Assembly: GCA_951406725.2 (NCBI GenBank)
Contig: OX597819.1
Coordinates: 59,706,001-59,770,000 of the forward strand
Source: Octopus vulgaris
Lineage: Eukaryota
Direction of reading: 5' to 3'
Length of the DNA stretch: 64,000 bases
The notes under the pieces are model-generated. The model saw only the letters and a list, made by a program, of their open reading frames with translations, did not search any database and was not told where the DNA came from. This document shows, one piece after another, positions 1 through 13,619 of this stretch. Both the position numbers and the translations under genes were made by a program. Positions within the stretch are counted from its first letter, which is position 1; each line of letters starts with the position of its first letter.

Positions 1-7
1 AGAAGCT

Positions 8-8
8 T

Positions 9-45
<37 letters not shown>

Positions 46-46
46 A
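8..46. repeat. (AGT)n microsatellite
   Basis: direct inspection. Confidence 0.95.
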
Positions 47-1832
47 TGAAGTATAATTTTCATGCATAGTTCATCTCTTACCTGTATGTTAGGATTATCA
101 AATTAAATATTAAGGGTGAAGATGGTGAACACAAATCATTTTGTTTCAACTGATTTTCGAATAAAATAATTAACTCACTTTTAATTGGTTTCAACTAGAT
201 GCACTTGTAATTATTTTCATCTGTGTGCATATATGTCTGTGTGTGCATGTGAGAGAGAGTGTAAGAGTTTTTATTTTTTTAATTCACTATAGGAAGGTAA
301 TATGTAATATAGCAGGTATGCATTAAAAATGCATTTGAGGCACAGGGACATGCACATTAAATGTGGATATGCACATTAATCTTGCTGTCAGTTGTTGCTC
401 TTTTAGTTTAGTCCCAGATAAGCCTTGATCAAGCAGATCTATTATCAGAGGTGTTGCAGCTATGCACCTTGCCTTATTGTCTATTTAAGACTATGCTGTT
501 CTGTATGTCTTTCCACCTTTGAGATAGTAGAATGTTATGGTGTTCTGAGTAGATCCATGGTGTCCTGTGAGGCTGGCATTAGAGCCAAACAAGATAACAG
601 TAATGATTAGGAAAATTACAAAGTGGAAAAAGAAAATATGTTGCACAGATTTGGCACAGATGCAAATGAAAGTAGGAGAGGAAGTTGGGTTCTCATTGGC
701 GAATGGTAAAAATAAGATAGTTTCAGAACAAGAAAGGATGCAGCTGATCCTAATTTGAGAGAGTGTTTTCTTTATGTTTGGTAAAGAGATAAGTGAGTGG
801 TAGAAAGGGTAGAATGATTTTTCTCTGGTATAAATAGACTTGGTTGAATCTTGATAGCAACAATGCAAATTAACAACACGTGAGGGACTGATACATTACT
901 GATAAAAATAATGAACAACAAATGCCTGCACATGAGTGGCTGTGTGGTTAAGCAGTTTACTTTACAATCATGTGATTCTAGGTTCAATTACAGTGTGCAG
1001 TGCCTTTGTTAAGTGTCTTCTATTGCTTCAGGTTAAGCCAAACAATGAAGTTGCAGTTCTGAATGTAAACACATTAGTGTTAAAGGACGCAATAAAGTTA
1101 TGTCAATTAAAACAATTGCATTTAATTTTGGTTCATACTAGTTACTTAATTGCATTTCTATGTTTATTCGTTATTGTTCCATTGTTGAATTGCTCCATTG
1201 ATAAAGACAGGGAAGATTAGTAAAAATTTGGCAGGGTTTGTCTTCTGCAATTATTGGTATATTGAGACAGGAATTCTCTTTGTGTGCAACTGCCTTATTT
1301 GTTGGTGGTGTTGGGTTAATCTTCTTTGGAGTGCAAGGCCACTATAGGGACAACATGGGTATTATGGGGATTATTCTTGTTTTATTGTTTTATATTGGTT
1401 TTGAAATTATTGAAAAATATTTTTTTTTAATGAGATTAGATAAAAATACTTAGTAAACCTTGAAAATATTCAATTATAGATGAAACTGATAAGCACAGAT
1501 TTATGACTCTTTTGTTATGTATTGTATTTTGAAATTATGCGAAAGCATTTAATAGTGCTACATTCCAAAATTAGATTTAAAAAAACAACTTTTAGTGCAT
1601 TATTGACTTTTTATTTTCCCTGTATGTGTGTGAGAGAGAGAGGGAGAGAGAGAGAATGAATAAGAATATCTTTTCTGATAATTATTTTCCACTTTAATGA
1701 TTAGATTTTTGCAAATCATGATTTTTTTTTTCAACAATCATCTTTTTTGTTCTTTGTATCAGAGTTCCTTTAAAATAGTTTTGGTTTCTCTTTGAGTGTT
1801 GCAGGGGAAGGAGTTTATATACACATATATGT

Positions 1833-1984
<152 letters not shown>

Positions 1985-2814
1985 GCATGTGTATATATGT
2001 GTATATATTCCTCATACAGTTTGCACTGCAGGGCATTTCCTTCGTCAGCTGTCGGCTGGAGATCATGCTTTTCTTCCGCAAACATGACTATAGTCTTAAT
2101 ATACATATCATTTTAAGGAGATAATAGACAAAACATATGTATATATGACTAAACCTGAACAAACTAAGTAAAGTATTACATCCATAAAAGGTGAAAGAAA
2201 TTCGAGAATGTAGATCTGGGAATGAAATAAATTTTGAACGCATTCATGTGGAAGGAAAAATGTTGAGAGGTTGTGGTGGGTGGAGGCAAAATAGAGCATG
2301 CAAATATTCAAATGATGGGTGAAAATTTTGGAAACTAATGCTAATTAATATCTCAGGATATTTGTGATTAAGATGAAATTAGAAATTTAAGTAAGTTATA
2401 ACCCTAATTAAAATAGTTTCTTTGTATTGATATAAGTATATAAACATTGTCATCATCATCAAATGGAGAAATAAAATTACAAATTGCATTAATTCTGAAT
2501 GTGTTTTAATTTGTGGAATATAGTTTTAAAAGGTTAGTTATGGAAATGATATCAAATTATTAAAAAGCTTTTAAAATAATATTAATTGTCCGTTTACATA
2601 TTAAAGTAAATAAAAATGTGTTTGAAGAAATTTATGTGAGAAATAGGTTTGTTTATTGTAATAAATATAAATCAAAACATGATTCTGTGTTTCCCCATTA
2701 AATTTAGTTGATCTCTGAATTTAAGAAGAATGTTTTTCAACTGCATCTACCAACCTCAGTTTCATATACAGATCCAGCTTATCTTCAAAAATTTTGTGTA
2801 AGGTTTAAGGTATC

Positions 2815-3125
2815 TTCTTTTACTTGTTTCATTCATAAGACTGTGGTCATGCTGGGGCACTGTTTTAAAGAGTTTTATTTTTAGTTAGACAAATTAACTC
2901 CACAACTTAATTTTTTTTAAAAAGTCTGGTACTTATTCTATCAGTCTCTTTTGCCAAACTCCTAAGTTATGGGGACATAAACCAACACAGTAGTCAAGTA
3001 GTGGTGGGTGTGGACAAACATACACACACAAAACGGACTTCTTTCAGTTTCCAGCTATCAAATCCACTCACAAAACTTTGGTAAGATTAGAGCTATAGTA
3101 GAAGACACTTAATCAAGATGCCATG
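2815..3125 (-). mobile_element. SINE family B, partial, inverted relative to 3465-3825
   Basis: reverse complement of the family B body and tail (ttttacttgtttca...; caaatccactcacaa). Confidence 0.75.
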
Positions 3126-3132
3126 CAATATA

Positions 3133-3360
3133 TTTCATTACTACCCACAAGGGGCTAAACACAGAGGGGACAAACAAGGACAGACAAAGGGATTAAGTCG
3201 ATTACATCGACCCCAGTGCGTAACTGGTACTTAATTTATCGACCCCGAAAGGATGAAAGGCAAAGTTGACCTTGGCGGAATTTGAACTCAGAACGTAACG
3301 GCAGACGAAATAACGCTAAGCATTTCGCCCGGCGTGCTAATGATTCTGCCAGCTCGCCGC
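3133..3360 (-). mobile_element. tRNA-derived SINE family A
   Basis: reverse complement of ggcggcgagctggcagaa...gagttcaaattccgcc (B-box-like)...; at least 12 copies in the window. Confidence 0.85.
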
Positions 3361-3464
3361 CATGCAATAGTTGCGAAACAATCATCTTTGGCCACAGCCA
3401 TGCCTTGGGATTTTACTATCCTTGGAATAGTCAAATAGATGCTAAACTGGTGTAAATAGGTACA

Positions 3465-3825
3465 CCATGGCTGTGTGGTAAGAAGTTTGCTTCCCAACCA
3501 CATGGTTCTGCGTTCAGTCCCACTGCGTGGCACCTTGAGCAAGTGTCTTCTACTATAGCCTCGGGTCAACCAAAGCCCTCTAAGTTGATTTGGTAGGCAG
3601 AAACTGAAAGAAGCCTGTTGTATGTATGTATGTGTGTGTCTGTGTCTGTGTTTGTCCCTCTACCATTGTTCAACAACTGATGCTGGTAGCTCAGCAAAAG
3701 AGACCATTAGAATAAGTGCTAGGCTTACTAAGAATAAGTCCTGGCATTGATTTCTCTGACTAATAACCCTTTAAGACAGTGCTCCAGTATGGGCACAGTC
3801 AAATGACTGAAACAAGTAAAAGAGT
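3465..3825 (+). mobile_element. tRNA-derived SINE family B
   Basis: tggctgtgtggtaag (A-box-like), gttcagtccc (B-box-like), internal (TG)n, tail aatgactgaaacaagtaaaaga. Confidence 0.85.
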
Positions 3826-4454
3826 ATGTATGTGTGTGTGTGTGTATATATATATATACACACATATATATATATAAATTCACTGTTACATAAGACCATG
3901 TGGTGTTAGAATTTGTGTTTGCTAAATGTATTTCAGGAATGTCAATATATGCAGATGATAAATTTACTTATATTATTGTATATAATAAACTGACTGTGTG
4001 ATTCATATGGTAAGTGTTACAGTGAATGGCAGCAGTGGCACAAGACAGATAAGAATGTGTGTAATGGAATGTGACAGATAGAATTGAGTATAAATATTTT
4101 GGTATGACGGAAACACATGTTTAAATTCAAATTAGTTCAGAGCATGACTTGCAAAGCATCAGAACTGCGAGCATATTTGTGTGTGTGTGTGTGTGTGTGT
4201 ATCATCATCATCATTTAATATCTGTTTTCCATGGTAGCATGGGTTGGGTGATTTGACAAGAGCTGGCAAGCTGGAGCCAGTTGCCAGAAGTCTCAGTCCC
4301 TTGTCATCTCCTCTGTGAGGCTCAGCATCTGAAAATCCTTTCTTACCACTTCAAGCATCAGGCTCCAATTGTTGTTTTGGCAAGGTTTCTACGGCTCAAT
4401 GTCCTTCCTAACACCAACCACTTTACAGGGTGTACCGGATTTTTTTTTTTTAAT

Positions 4455-4760
4455 GTGGCATCAGCACAGGTGCTTTTTATGTGGGTCCAGCACAGGTGCT
4501 TTTTTATGTGGGTCCAGCATAGGTGCTTTTTTATGTGGGACCGGCATAGGGAATTTTTTTGTGTGATACCAGCACAAGTGCTTTTTATGTGGCACCATCA
4601 TGGGTGCTTTTTATGTGATACCAGCACAAATGGTTTTCATGTAGCACCAGCATACGTGATTTTCATGTGGCACTATCACAGGTGCTTTTTATGTGGTCCC
4701 AGCACAAGTGCTTTTCATGTGGCTCCAGTATAGGGGCTTTTTATGTGGCACCAGCAGCAG
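4455..4760. repeat. ~26 bp minisatellite (gtggcaccagcacaggtgctttttat), about 11-12 copies
   Basis: direct inspection; lies inside a minus-strand RTE-tail-type repeat that starts near 4200. Confidence 0.9.
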
Positions 4761-5258
4761 TGGGGAGTGGAACTAAAGTAAGTGACTGTGTGCTGGGCAA
4801 GAGGTTAGCGTATGATAGAGGATCAGTCTGAATGAGAGAGAAAGAAATATATGTTGTTGGAGATGTATTGAGACCTACCCTTCGGGAGCAATTGGGTGAA
4901 GAGTGCAAGTAATACAGAGGAGATAGAGGGGGATGTTCCATAAGAGTTGGCGGGATATGTTTAGAGATAGGGAAGACATGACTGTTTCAAGTGTGTCTTT
5001 GTACTTGTCCCCCACCACCACTTGTAAACCAGTGTTGATGTGTTTACATCCCTATAACTTAGTGGTTTGGCAAAAGAGACTGATAGAAAGGTACTAGTGT
5101 CAATTTCAGCTATAATTCTTCAAGTGGTGCCCAACATGGTTGTTGTCTAATGATTGAAACAAGTAAAAGATATAATATATATATATATATATGTGTTAGG
5201 CTGTAGCCTCCCTCATCCTTTTTACCTGTGCTCACTAACGTATTTAAAATAGCAACAT

Positions 5259-5561
5259 TTATGCTAAAAAACAGAATGCAATCCAATTTGTCAACATTGT
5301 CACCACTACTTGAATAGGTTCCACTGTAAGAGCACCAGTTGCCTGGAACTGCTCTTTAAGATATGATGTGTAGGCATCTGTCTTGTGACCCCTTGAACCA
5401 AGGCTCTGCAAGAGGCATTTCAAATGTTCAGCAACATCTTGATGGCAAATCATACAGCAATTCCAGTTTAGGTCTGTGTTCAGAGTCATGTTAGAAAGGT
5501 TGGAATGTTTTGAAAGTTTCAACCACTTACAGGAGGAATTTCTGTAAAACCTGAAAGACAA
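5259..5561 (-). mobile_element. Probable degraded DNA-transposon ORF fragment
   Basis: WNCCMICHQDVAEHLKCL resembles Cys-rich N-termini of invertebrate transposon proteins; family not assignable. Confidence 0.3.
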
Positions 5562-6191
5562 AAAATCTTCTACGTCTTTTGTTATCCTGGAGCAACTTGG
5601 AAACTCACAAATATTAATTCTATGCCATGTGTTCCTTCAAATACAACTCAAGTCAATTTGACTCATTTGTTGGAGTTGGGCATATATAGCACAAGGACAA
5701 GAAATGTAAATTTAGTCTTTTTAAGTAATATAAAAATAACTTCGGTATTCCGCATACAGTGAATCAGACTAAATACGTGTCTTGAATAGAAAGAATGCAA
5801 GTTCAAATTACTTGAAGCATGGTCTCTAATTTAATGTCTCGTTAACCAATCAGATTTTCTCATGACTCATATGGTTAGAGAACAGTGCTTAGCTTTTCGT
5901 AAGCCTTGGCCATCTTGAATTTTGGTGTTTTGCATACATATTTCTAAAATCTCCAGAGAATTCTTTGCCACTCGTTACTAGGCAAAATGTGAGGGAACCT
6001 CATAATAAATATAGTGCTTTTATTCACTAAATGGTTGTACTCTTTAAATACAGTTCTAAGCAACCTGATTAATAGTTCACTAAAGATTTTTCTCTTGTTC
6101 CAGAACAAGACATATCTGCTGGCCAGCTAACTTCTGTAATGGTGCATGACTTTTGTTTCTTGTCTCATAGAACAATATCAGATATTTCTGT

Positions 6192-6590
6192 AAGGTGGCA
6201 AGCTGGCAGAATCGTTAGCATGCTGGGCGAAATGCTTAGCAGTATTTCGTCAGCTGCTACGTTCTAAGTTCAAATTCTGCCGAGGTCGACTTTGCTTTTC
6301 ATCCTTTCAGGGTTGATTAAATAAGTACTAGTTACGCACTGGGGTCGATATAATCGACTTAATCCATTTGTCTGTCTTTGTTTGTCCCCTCTATGTTTAG
6401 CCCCTTGTGGGCAATAAAGAAATAGGTATTTCATCTGTCTTTACGTTCTGAGTTCAAATTCCACCAAGGTTGACTTTGCCTTTCACCCTTTCAGGATCAA
6501 TAAATTAAGTACCAGCTGCATACTGGGTCGCTCTAATTGACTAGCCCCCTCCCCGAAAATTTTGGGTCTTGTGCTTAGAGTAGAAAAGAA
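6192..6590 (+). mobile_element. Two tandem SINE family A copies (second one 5'-truncated)
   Basis: two successive gttcaaatt...gactttgc...aagtac bodies. Confidence 0.8.
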
Positions 6591-6635
6591 TATCAGATAT
6601 TTCCATATTGGATTGTTGTTTTTATCAACATCAGC

Positions 6636-6930
6636 AATATCAAAATCAAATCAAATGGAAATTGTAGTTGTGATCCCTGTGCCAGTGGCACATAAAAAGC
6701 ACCATCCGAACATGGCTGATGTCAGTGCCGCTTCGACTGGCATCCGTGCCAGTAGCACATAAAAGGCACCCACTACACTCTCAGAATGGTTGGTGTTAGG
6801 AAGGGCATCCAGCTGTAGAAGCACTTCCAGATCAGATTGGGGCTTGGTACAGCCCCCTGGCTTCCCAGACCCCAGTTGAACTGTCCAACCCATGCCAGCA
6901 TGGAAAACGGACGTTACACGATGATGATAG
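6636..6930 (+). mobile_element. Monomeric copy of the (AAATC)-headed, RTE-tailed element
   Basis: aaatcaaatc head, gtggcacataaaaagcaccatccgaac subunit, and the same 3' tail as 23450-23620. Confidence 0.75.
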
Positions 6931-7414
6931 GAATGGTCCATCATTGTTTCTTATCTTTAAAGCTATGGCCATCTTCTTGTTCTGGTGTGCCTTTGGTAAC
7001 CATCAGGACAATTCTTCTTATGAATAACAATGTAATTAGATTTGGTAACAATATACTTCATTGCAACGAAGCATTGTGCAGAAATTTTGGGGGCAGATGA
7101 TGATGATATGATATCTTTCACACTGGAATGGCACAATCAGCATTTTCTATCACAAGGTGTTGATTCAGAGGAATCCTTATCTCTTTTATTTAGTTGCTAT
7201 CTCTTATTCCTGAATAGTGAAAGCATATTTTAGGTGGAATTTAATGTATCTATCGCAAGTTCAGGGTAACTCTATCAAATTCTGGGATGTTAAAGCTATC
7301 ATTTACTTTACAATAATGGCTGATATGTTTTAAGAATTACACTTCTAGAAAGTGTAATGAATAATACTTCGGGTAAACAATAAGTGGTGGTGGTGGTGGT
7401 GGTGGTGGCAGTGG

Positions 7415-7452
<38 letters not shown>

Positions 7453-9528
7453 CCGAGACCAACTGATTGTTTTGCAGTTTTGCATTTGTTTTCCTAGTAA
7501 TCGTCCTAACCACAATAATCACTATATTAATTTAAGCCACTGTGTTTCTATTACATAAATTTTCAGTGTGTGTGTGCTTATATATATGTATGTATAAGGG
7601 CAGGGCATTAAAGAATACAAGATATTTTTATTTTTCAAAAGTGTATAATCTTTCATTGATTCAAATTTAAGCCTTTTTTTGTTCTTTTAATTAGGTTTAT
7701 ATAACTTGTTAACAATGCATGTATGATTTCTAGGAAGAAGGAAGAAAAAAAACACCCGCTTGCATCATTATTATGCTTGCAAACACAAGCATAAAATGCA
7801 TCCTTTGCAAGTGATCAGGCAATGCACTAAATAATTTTAAATTACATCATTCAACGAGGGCAGACAAAATTACATGGTGTAAACTGTTAATGTGAAAGGG
7901 TTAATTATGATTTATGACTCAAATGTGAAATATTCTGAAAACATTTCTGTGCATAGGCATTTTTTAAAAACCCTGCTCTTCTCTCTTCTTCTCAATTAAT
8001 TTATTCCATTATAACTTGATTCCAATTGATTTATCACCTGCTTTATTTACTTTTATATTTCATATTTTCCTCTTAGGCTGTCGTCACAGTGGTTAAGTAT
8101 TATGTAGTTATATTGAACATTGCTGCTAAGCAGTGCAGTTTTATGATTAAGAAAATACTTAAATAATACAGCTCATCTAACAAACTAGTTGAGTTACTTA
8201 AAAATATTATATTTTTATGTCAAATTATCTAATCAGATTCTGGATTAGATAATCCATGTTCAGTCATAGCTTGACTTTTATTTTGCATTTTATTTCTATT
8301 AGTAAAATGAAACTTGAAAATAATGATGAGATAGTAAAGCCCCCAGCCTTACTGAGTCTAATTCTGACATTCTGTTTTGTTTATAATGACTGTGTATAAA
8401 AAGACAATGTTTGCTCCCCAACCCCTAAAACTTTCTCTTTTAGATTTTACAAAAAGGATTGTGACTAGACAAATTTTTCCAATGATTTTTCTGAACAAGC
8501 TTTCAGAAGCTGAAAACAAACCAGTCACATACGGCATACAAAATTTTATACTGAAGTTGTAGGTTATAATTTGGTCTAGATTTGTTTTTCTTTTTCTTTT
8601 CTTTTCCTTTTTTTTTTTTTTTTGCAGTCTCCTTTTTCTATTTCTAAAATTTAACAAAAACTTTCCTCCTTTAATAATCATGATGCAGCTGATGAAAAGT
8701 AAACCCAGAAATATTAATATTTATGCATGAGGAGTTCTCTTTTCCCTGTTTCTTTCCACATCTCACTCTGACTCTATTAAAAGAAACATGTTTTAAAAAT
8801 TAAAAAAAACTTGAAATGGGTTAGAAGGAGACATGTAAATAGGTGTTTAGCATAAACCAATTTCTGCATCCCACCCTTCTTTCTATCACACAATGAAATA
8901 ATAATAATAAGAAGAAGAAGAAGAATATAATCTCTCCATTATGCAACCCTGTAATATAATTCTCAAGTTTCACACTTTCACCATTGGGAGGTCTCTAAAG
9001 AATAATGGTATCGTTTACTTTTAGGCATGGTGTTAGTATTTAGGTGAGATGGCATGGAGTGGGGGGGTCTTCTTCACAGTTTAGTGCAGGTTCTATTTGA
9101 ATTGTTGCAGGTTAGTAAATAAGAAGGAAAACAATAGGCTAGAAAACAGTAGTTCATCTGAGGAAATATTGTATGAATAGTTAACTGCTGAGTTTGAAGA
9201 GTCTAACAACAGATGCGGCGGTGGAGGGGGGAGACACCAAGTGCATCAGGTGGGTTGTGGTGGTGGGTTTCAGAGTTTACAATTCAGATGTGTTATGGCA
9301 GATAAAGCGATTGAGGTAAAATATTAATAGTCAAATGGGAGCTAACAATATTTAATGTAACGATTGACCCATCCTACACACCACTAATCAATTAAAATTA
9401 TACATTTATGTGCAGGCATAGCTGTTTGGTTATGTCTCCCTGTTCAGCACCTTGGGCATGTCTGCTATAGTCCTGGCTCAACTGATGCCTTGTCAATGAT
9501 TTTGGTTGACAGAAACTCTGAAAACCCA

Positions 9529-9947
9529 CACAATGGGCTTCTTTCAGTTTCCATCTACCAAGTTCAGTCACAAGACTTTGATTTACTAGAAGGTGCTGCA
9601 CAATGGTACTGAACCCGAGATCACATGGATGGAAAGCAAGCTTCTCGACTCTGTAGCCTGTATTTACATGAGTGTAAATATGGGTGTGGTGGGTGCAGAG
9701 TACACCATTGTTCAACACCCAATAAGGCAGCAAACTGGCAGAAACATTAGCACGCCGGGTGAAATGCTTTGTGGTATTTCATCTGCCGCTGTGTTCTGAG
9801 TTCAAATTCCGCCAAGGTCAACTTTGCCTTTCATCCTTTCGGGGTCGATAAATTAAGTACCAGTTACGCACTGGGGTCAATGTAATCAACTTAATCCGTT
9901 TGTCTCCTCTATGTTTAGCTCCTTGTGGGCAATAAAGAAATAAGAAC
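9529..9947 (+). mobile_element. Chimeric insertion: 190 bp locally copied segment plus SINE A, with 13 bp TSD
   Basis: ctctgaaaaccca at 9516-9528 and 9948-9960; 9526-9718 is near-identical to 11458-11650. Confidence 0.75.
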
Positions 9948-10432
9948 CTCTGAAAACCCATTGTGTGTGTGTTTATATATCATCACCATCATCATCGTTT
10001 AACATTCATTTTCCATGCTGGCAAAAGTTGGACATTTTACTAGGAGCTGTTTAGGCCAGGAGCTGCACCAGGCTCCATTGTCTGTTCCAGCCTGGTTTCC
10101 AAAGCTGGATGCCCTTCCTAATGCCAACCACTTTACAGAGCAGACTGGGTGTTTTTTACATGGCACCATCACTGACAGAGTCACCAAGTAACTCATCATA
10201 TTACTTCCCTCTCATTTGAGAGGGGAATAGTATTGATAGGGGGTATGGCTTTGTGCTAGTTGATAAGAGATTAAATGTCTAGAGAGACAGAGATAGGTGT
10301 CTTGCTGTAGAGTAGATACATAGATACCCCTGTTGGAAGGAAAAGGAGGGTGAGATATATATATATATATAGATATGTTGTATCGCTAAATTCACAAGTG
10401 CTTTTATTCTCTCTGTCTATTTTCTCTTATTC

Positions 10433-10468
10433 CTTTCTGTTGAAGAGCGTAGGCTCGAAACGTAAAAG
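10433..10468 (+). ncRNA. Minimal type-I hammerhead-like motif (variant core)
   Basis: cttt-CTGTTGA-a-GAGC gtag GCTC-GAAA-cg-TA-aaag: stem I, 4 bp stem II, palindromic ACGT stem III. Confidence 0.5.
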
Positions 10469-10598
10469 ACTGTCTCACTTTCCTGAGCATCAAACTAATA
10501 CACCTGTCTTCATCTTTTGTTTTCCTGTAAATTTCAACTATGTATGTATATATGTGTGTGTGTGTTTATGTCTGTATGTATGTATGTACACACACATA

Positions 10599-11041
10599 CA
10601 GGTCGTTGTCAACTTGTGACCACATTTGGTTCCGACTGACTGGTCGGGAGTTGATTTGGTCATAAGTTGGCCTATAGGCCTACTTAGCTTTGTTTTATAT
10701 TTTTACATTCTTAAGATACATTCTCGGGTAAAAGCCACACACAGCATTCTGTATTATACTATAACAGTGTTATTTGTTCATAGAAAAGTACCAAAGAATG
10801 CAAATACAATACACAATGTAGTGTAAGAAACAGTTGTGAAACTTACATAAAAATCTATTGTAGACTGGTGCTTGGCTGTGGACCTTCGCTGTTGTTTGTT
10901 AGCTGACGTCATCCGTAGATGAGTTCATTTCTAAGAGATTAAATCCATTAGAATACAACTGGACTATTTTTTATTATTGCTGCTGGGAGCTGGCATGTCA
11001 ATAATTGTAAAGTCAATTGGTTGTAAGTCGACGACAACCTG
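10599..11041. mobile_element. Tigger/pogo-like MITE
   Basis: TA-flanked imperfect ~24 bp TIRs caggtcgttgtcaacttgtgacca / tggttgtaagtcgacgacaacctg. Confidence 0.8.
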
Positions 11042-11093
11042 TATATATGTGTATATTTATATGTATATATGTGTATATTTATATATATATATA

Positions 11094-11127
<34 letters not shown>

Positions 11128-11795
11128 GTGTATGTGTTTGTCCCTACTCCATCTGCTTTACAACTGGTGTTGGTTTGCTTATGTCCCTGTAACTTAGTGG
11201 TTCAGCAAAAGTAACCAATAGAATAAAAAGCAGACTTACAAAATAAGAACTGGGGTTAATTTTGTTTGACTAAAGCCTGCAAGGCAAGCCCCTGCATGGT
11301 TCAGTCCAGTAATTAAAATAAGAAAAAGATAAAAGATGCATTGAAGAGGGAAGTCATTTGCTTTTATGATAATTTGTATTTAAAAAAAAAGGTTAGGGAG
11401 ACCACTCCAAAATTTAAATTGATTAAAAATTGATTGGAGTGGAGGCATACAGGGGAGCCACACAATGGGCTTCTTTCAGTTTCCATCTGCCAAGTCCAGT
11501 CATAAGACTTTGATTTACTAGAAGGCACTGCACAGTGGTACTGAACCGAAGACCACATGGATGGAAAGCAAGCTTCTCGACTCTGTAGCCTGCATTTACA
11601 TGAGTGTAAATATGGGTGTGGTGGGTGCAGAGTACACCATTGTTCAACACAGGCAATTTGTATGTGATCGCTCGACCTTTTAGAAACAGCAACTAAATCT
11701 TCCTCAAACCCCAATCTGCTGTCTTAACGGACACATTTAGATGTAGTCTGAGGTACCAGTAACAGAAAAGATGGTGGTAGCTGGAATGGTTTTAA

Positions 11796-11990
11796 CCCTT
11801 TAGCATTCAAATCACTCTGTGAGATCTAATGCTTATTTATTCACACTGTTTTGAATTAATCATGCCTTATCTTGTAGCTTCAAGATTTTAGTGATGTGGT
11901 TATTTATTTTTAAAATGACATTGTTGTGTGGGTGTAAGAGGCCAGATCTGGCTGGTTTGAAAGTAAAACAGGTACAGTATTTAGGTCTGC
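11796..11990 (-). mobile_element. piggyBac-like MITE, partial
   Basis: ttaa-ccctttagcattca end; reverse complement of the host element at 42328-43610. Confidence 0.65.
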
Positions 11991-11992
11991 TG

Positions 11993-12208
11993 AAGGTGGT
12001 GAGCTGGCAGAAATGTTAGCATGCTGGGTGAAATGCTTAGCAGTATTTCGTCTGTCTTTACGTTCTGAGCTCAAATTCCACTGAGGTCGAGTTTGCCTGT
12101 CATCCTTTTGGGGTCGATAAATTAAGTACCAGTTGTATACTGGCATCGATCTAATTGACTGGACCCCTCTCCCCAAATTTTGTGCCTTGTGCCTAAAGTA
12201 GAAAAGAA
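11993..12208 (+). mobile_element. SINE family A (short-tail form)
   Basis: family A body; tatttaggtct repeated on both sides (11978, 12209). Confidence 0.8.
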
Positions 12209-13558
12209 TATTTAGGTCTACTTGATGAAGGTTCTAAACAACTTGACATCACTTTTTACAAAATCAAGGGAGCTAAATCTGTTTGCCCTTGTGTATTCCT
12301 GAGAGGACCTTGGACAATGTTAAGGCCAGTAAAACTTGTCCAATCAATTTCAGAATACTATACACCAGAGTCACCATGTGACTTCTGCAGGGACTAAGAT
12401 ACTGATGACATGATCTTTGTTACAAGGCAGCTTCGGAAGAAACTCAGGCAACATTAACAGGGCTTTTGAAGCAATGAGATATTTCTTTTTGAGCAGTTTT
12501 TTTGTACTTTTAAAAGTTATTAATTTTCTCAGAGTTTATCTTAACAGTTTTTTATATATTTATATCTCTAGCTTGTGTAGAGATGATCAGTGATGATTTT
12601 ATTTTTATTTAACATCTGGTATGTGTTTTGAAAGATGGCCCCTTTTCATCTCTTTGAAAGTGTATGATGTAAATTCTATATTTTTGATTTGGTAAAGCAC
12701 CTTGTTTTGCAACTGTTTTTCCTCTATTCTTCTGAATGTTACATCAAAATTACTTCAGTTAAAAGAAGTTTGGTAGGGCAGTAGAATTACTTTGTCCCAG
12801 CATAGCAGCACATTAATGCTGCGTTCCTCGGCCCTTTAAAAGCTAGCAGAATACACATGACGACTTCCACCCAGAGTAACAACACACGCTTTTCAAGAGC
12901 AATTATTCAGTCACTGTCTAAAGGTTGGAACATTAGCACCTGGTTCCCTTTCGTCACTGCTTTGCTTTATCCCATCCAGATGTAGACACTAAACTGTCTA
13001 CAAGCTTGTGACTCATCTAGCTTGACACGCTATGGGATTCCTACCTCACCTCATTACCACTGCAAAACTCATTGGATATTTTAGATTTGCAACCAAGTAC
13101 CAGAGCTAACTACCTTGATGTGTATTAAGGAATTAACCTTTGTCTCCTACACCCTGCTTCCTTAAATGCATATCTCTGATGTGCCTACTACTTCATGTGT
13201 GATCAAGGAATAAATTATGTTTGCTAACCAAAAACATTGCCTTTTGATATGTATCGTTACCTTCATGTAAAACATACATTCATACATTCTTACATGTACA
13301 CAACTAAATATATTTTCTGAAGTGGTAAGCCTAACTCTTAATTTTCTTCTTGTTACAAAAATAAATTTCTGAGGGAGAAAACAAAAAGGAAAATTTTTAT
13401 TTTCATTTTATATAATATACAAGGGTTATTTTTATTTTGGCACAAGGCTTCAGTTTTAATAAATAGGCTTCTATGTCCATGAAAATTTATGTTTCATTGA
13501 TGAAGATACACATTTATTATTTTTTTCTACTAACTGGTTTAATGTTCTATTTTCATAG

Positions 13559-13619
13559 GGATACATCAGGACAAGGAAGGTTCTGTACCATATTTCGCTC
13601 TTACTCACGTGGTGCTCAG
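13559..13619 (+). CDS. Rab40: Rab40 internal coding exon (G3/switch II)
   Basis: cataG|...|gtaaat splice sites; 61 bp; encodes (W)[20 protein letters not shown], the Rab40-type switch II sequence. Confidence 0.97.

Noticed and set aside
4281-4733. 150 aa ORF with repeated FMW..HRC motifs
   Set aside because: Translation of the 26 bp minisatellite; no splice or homology support
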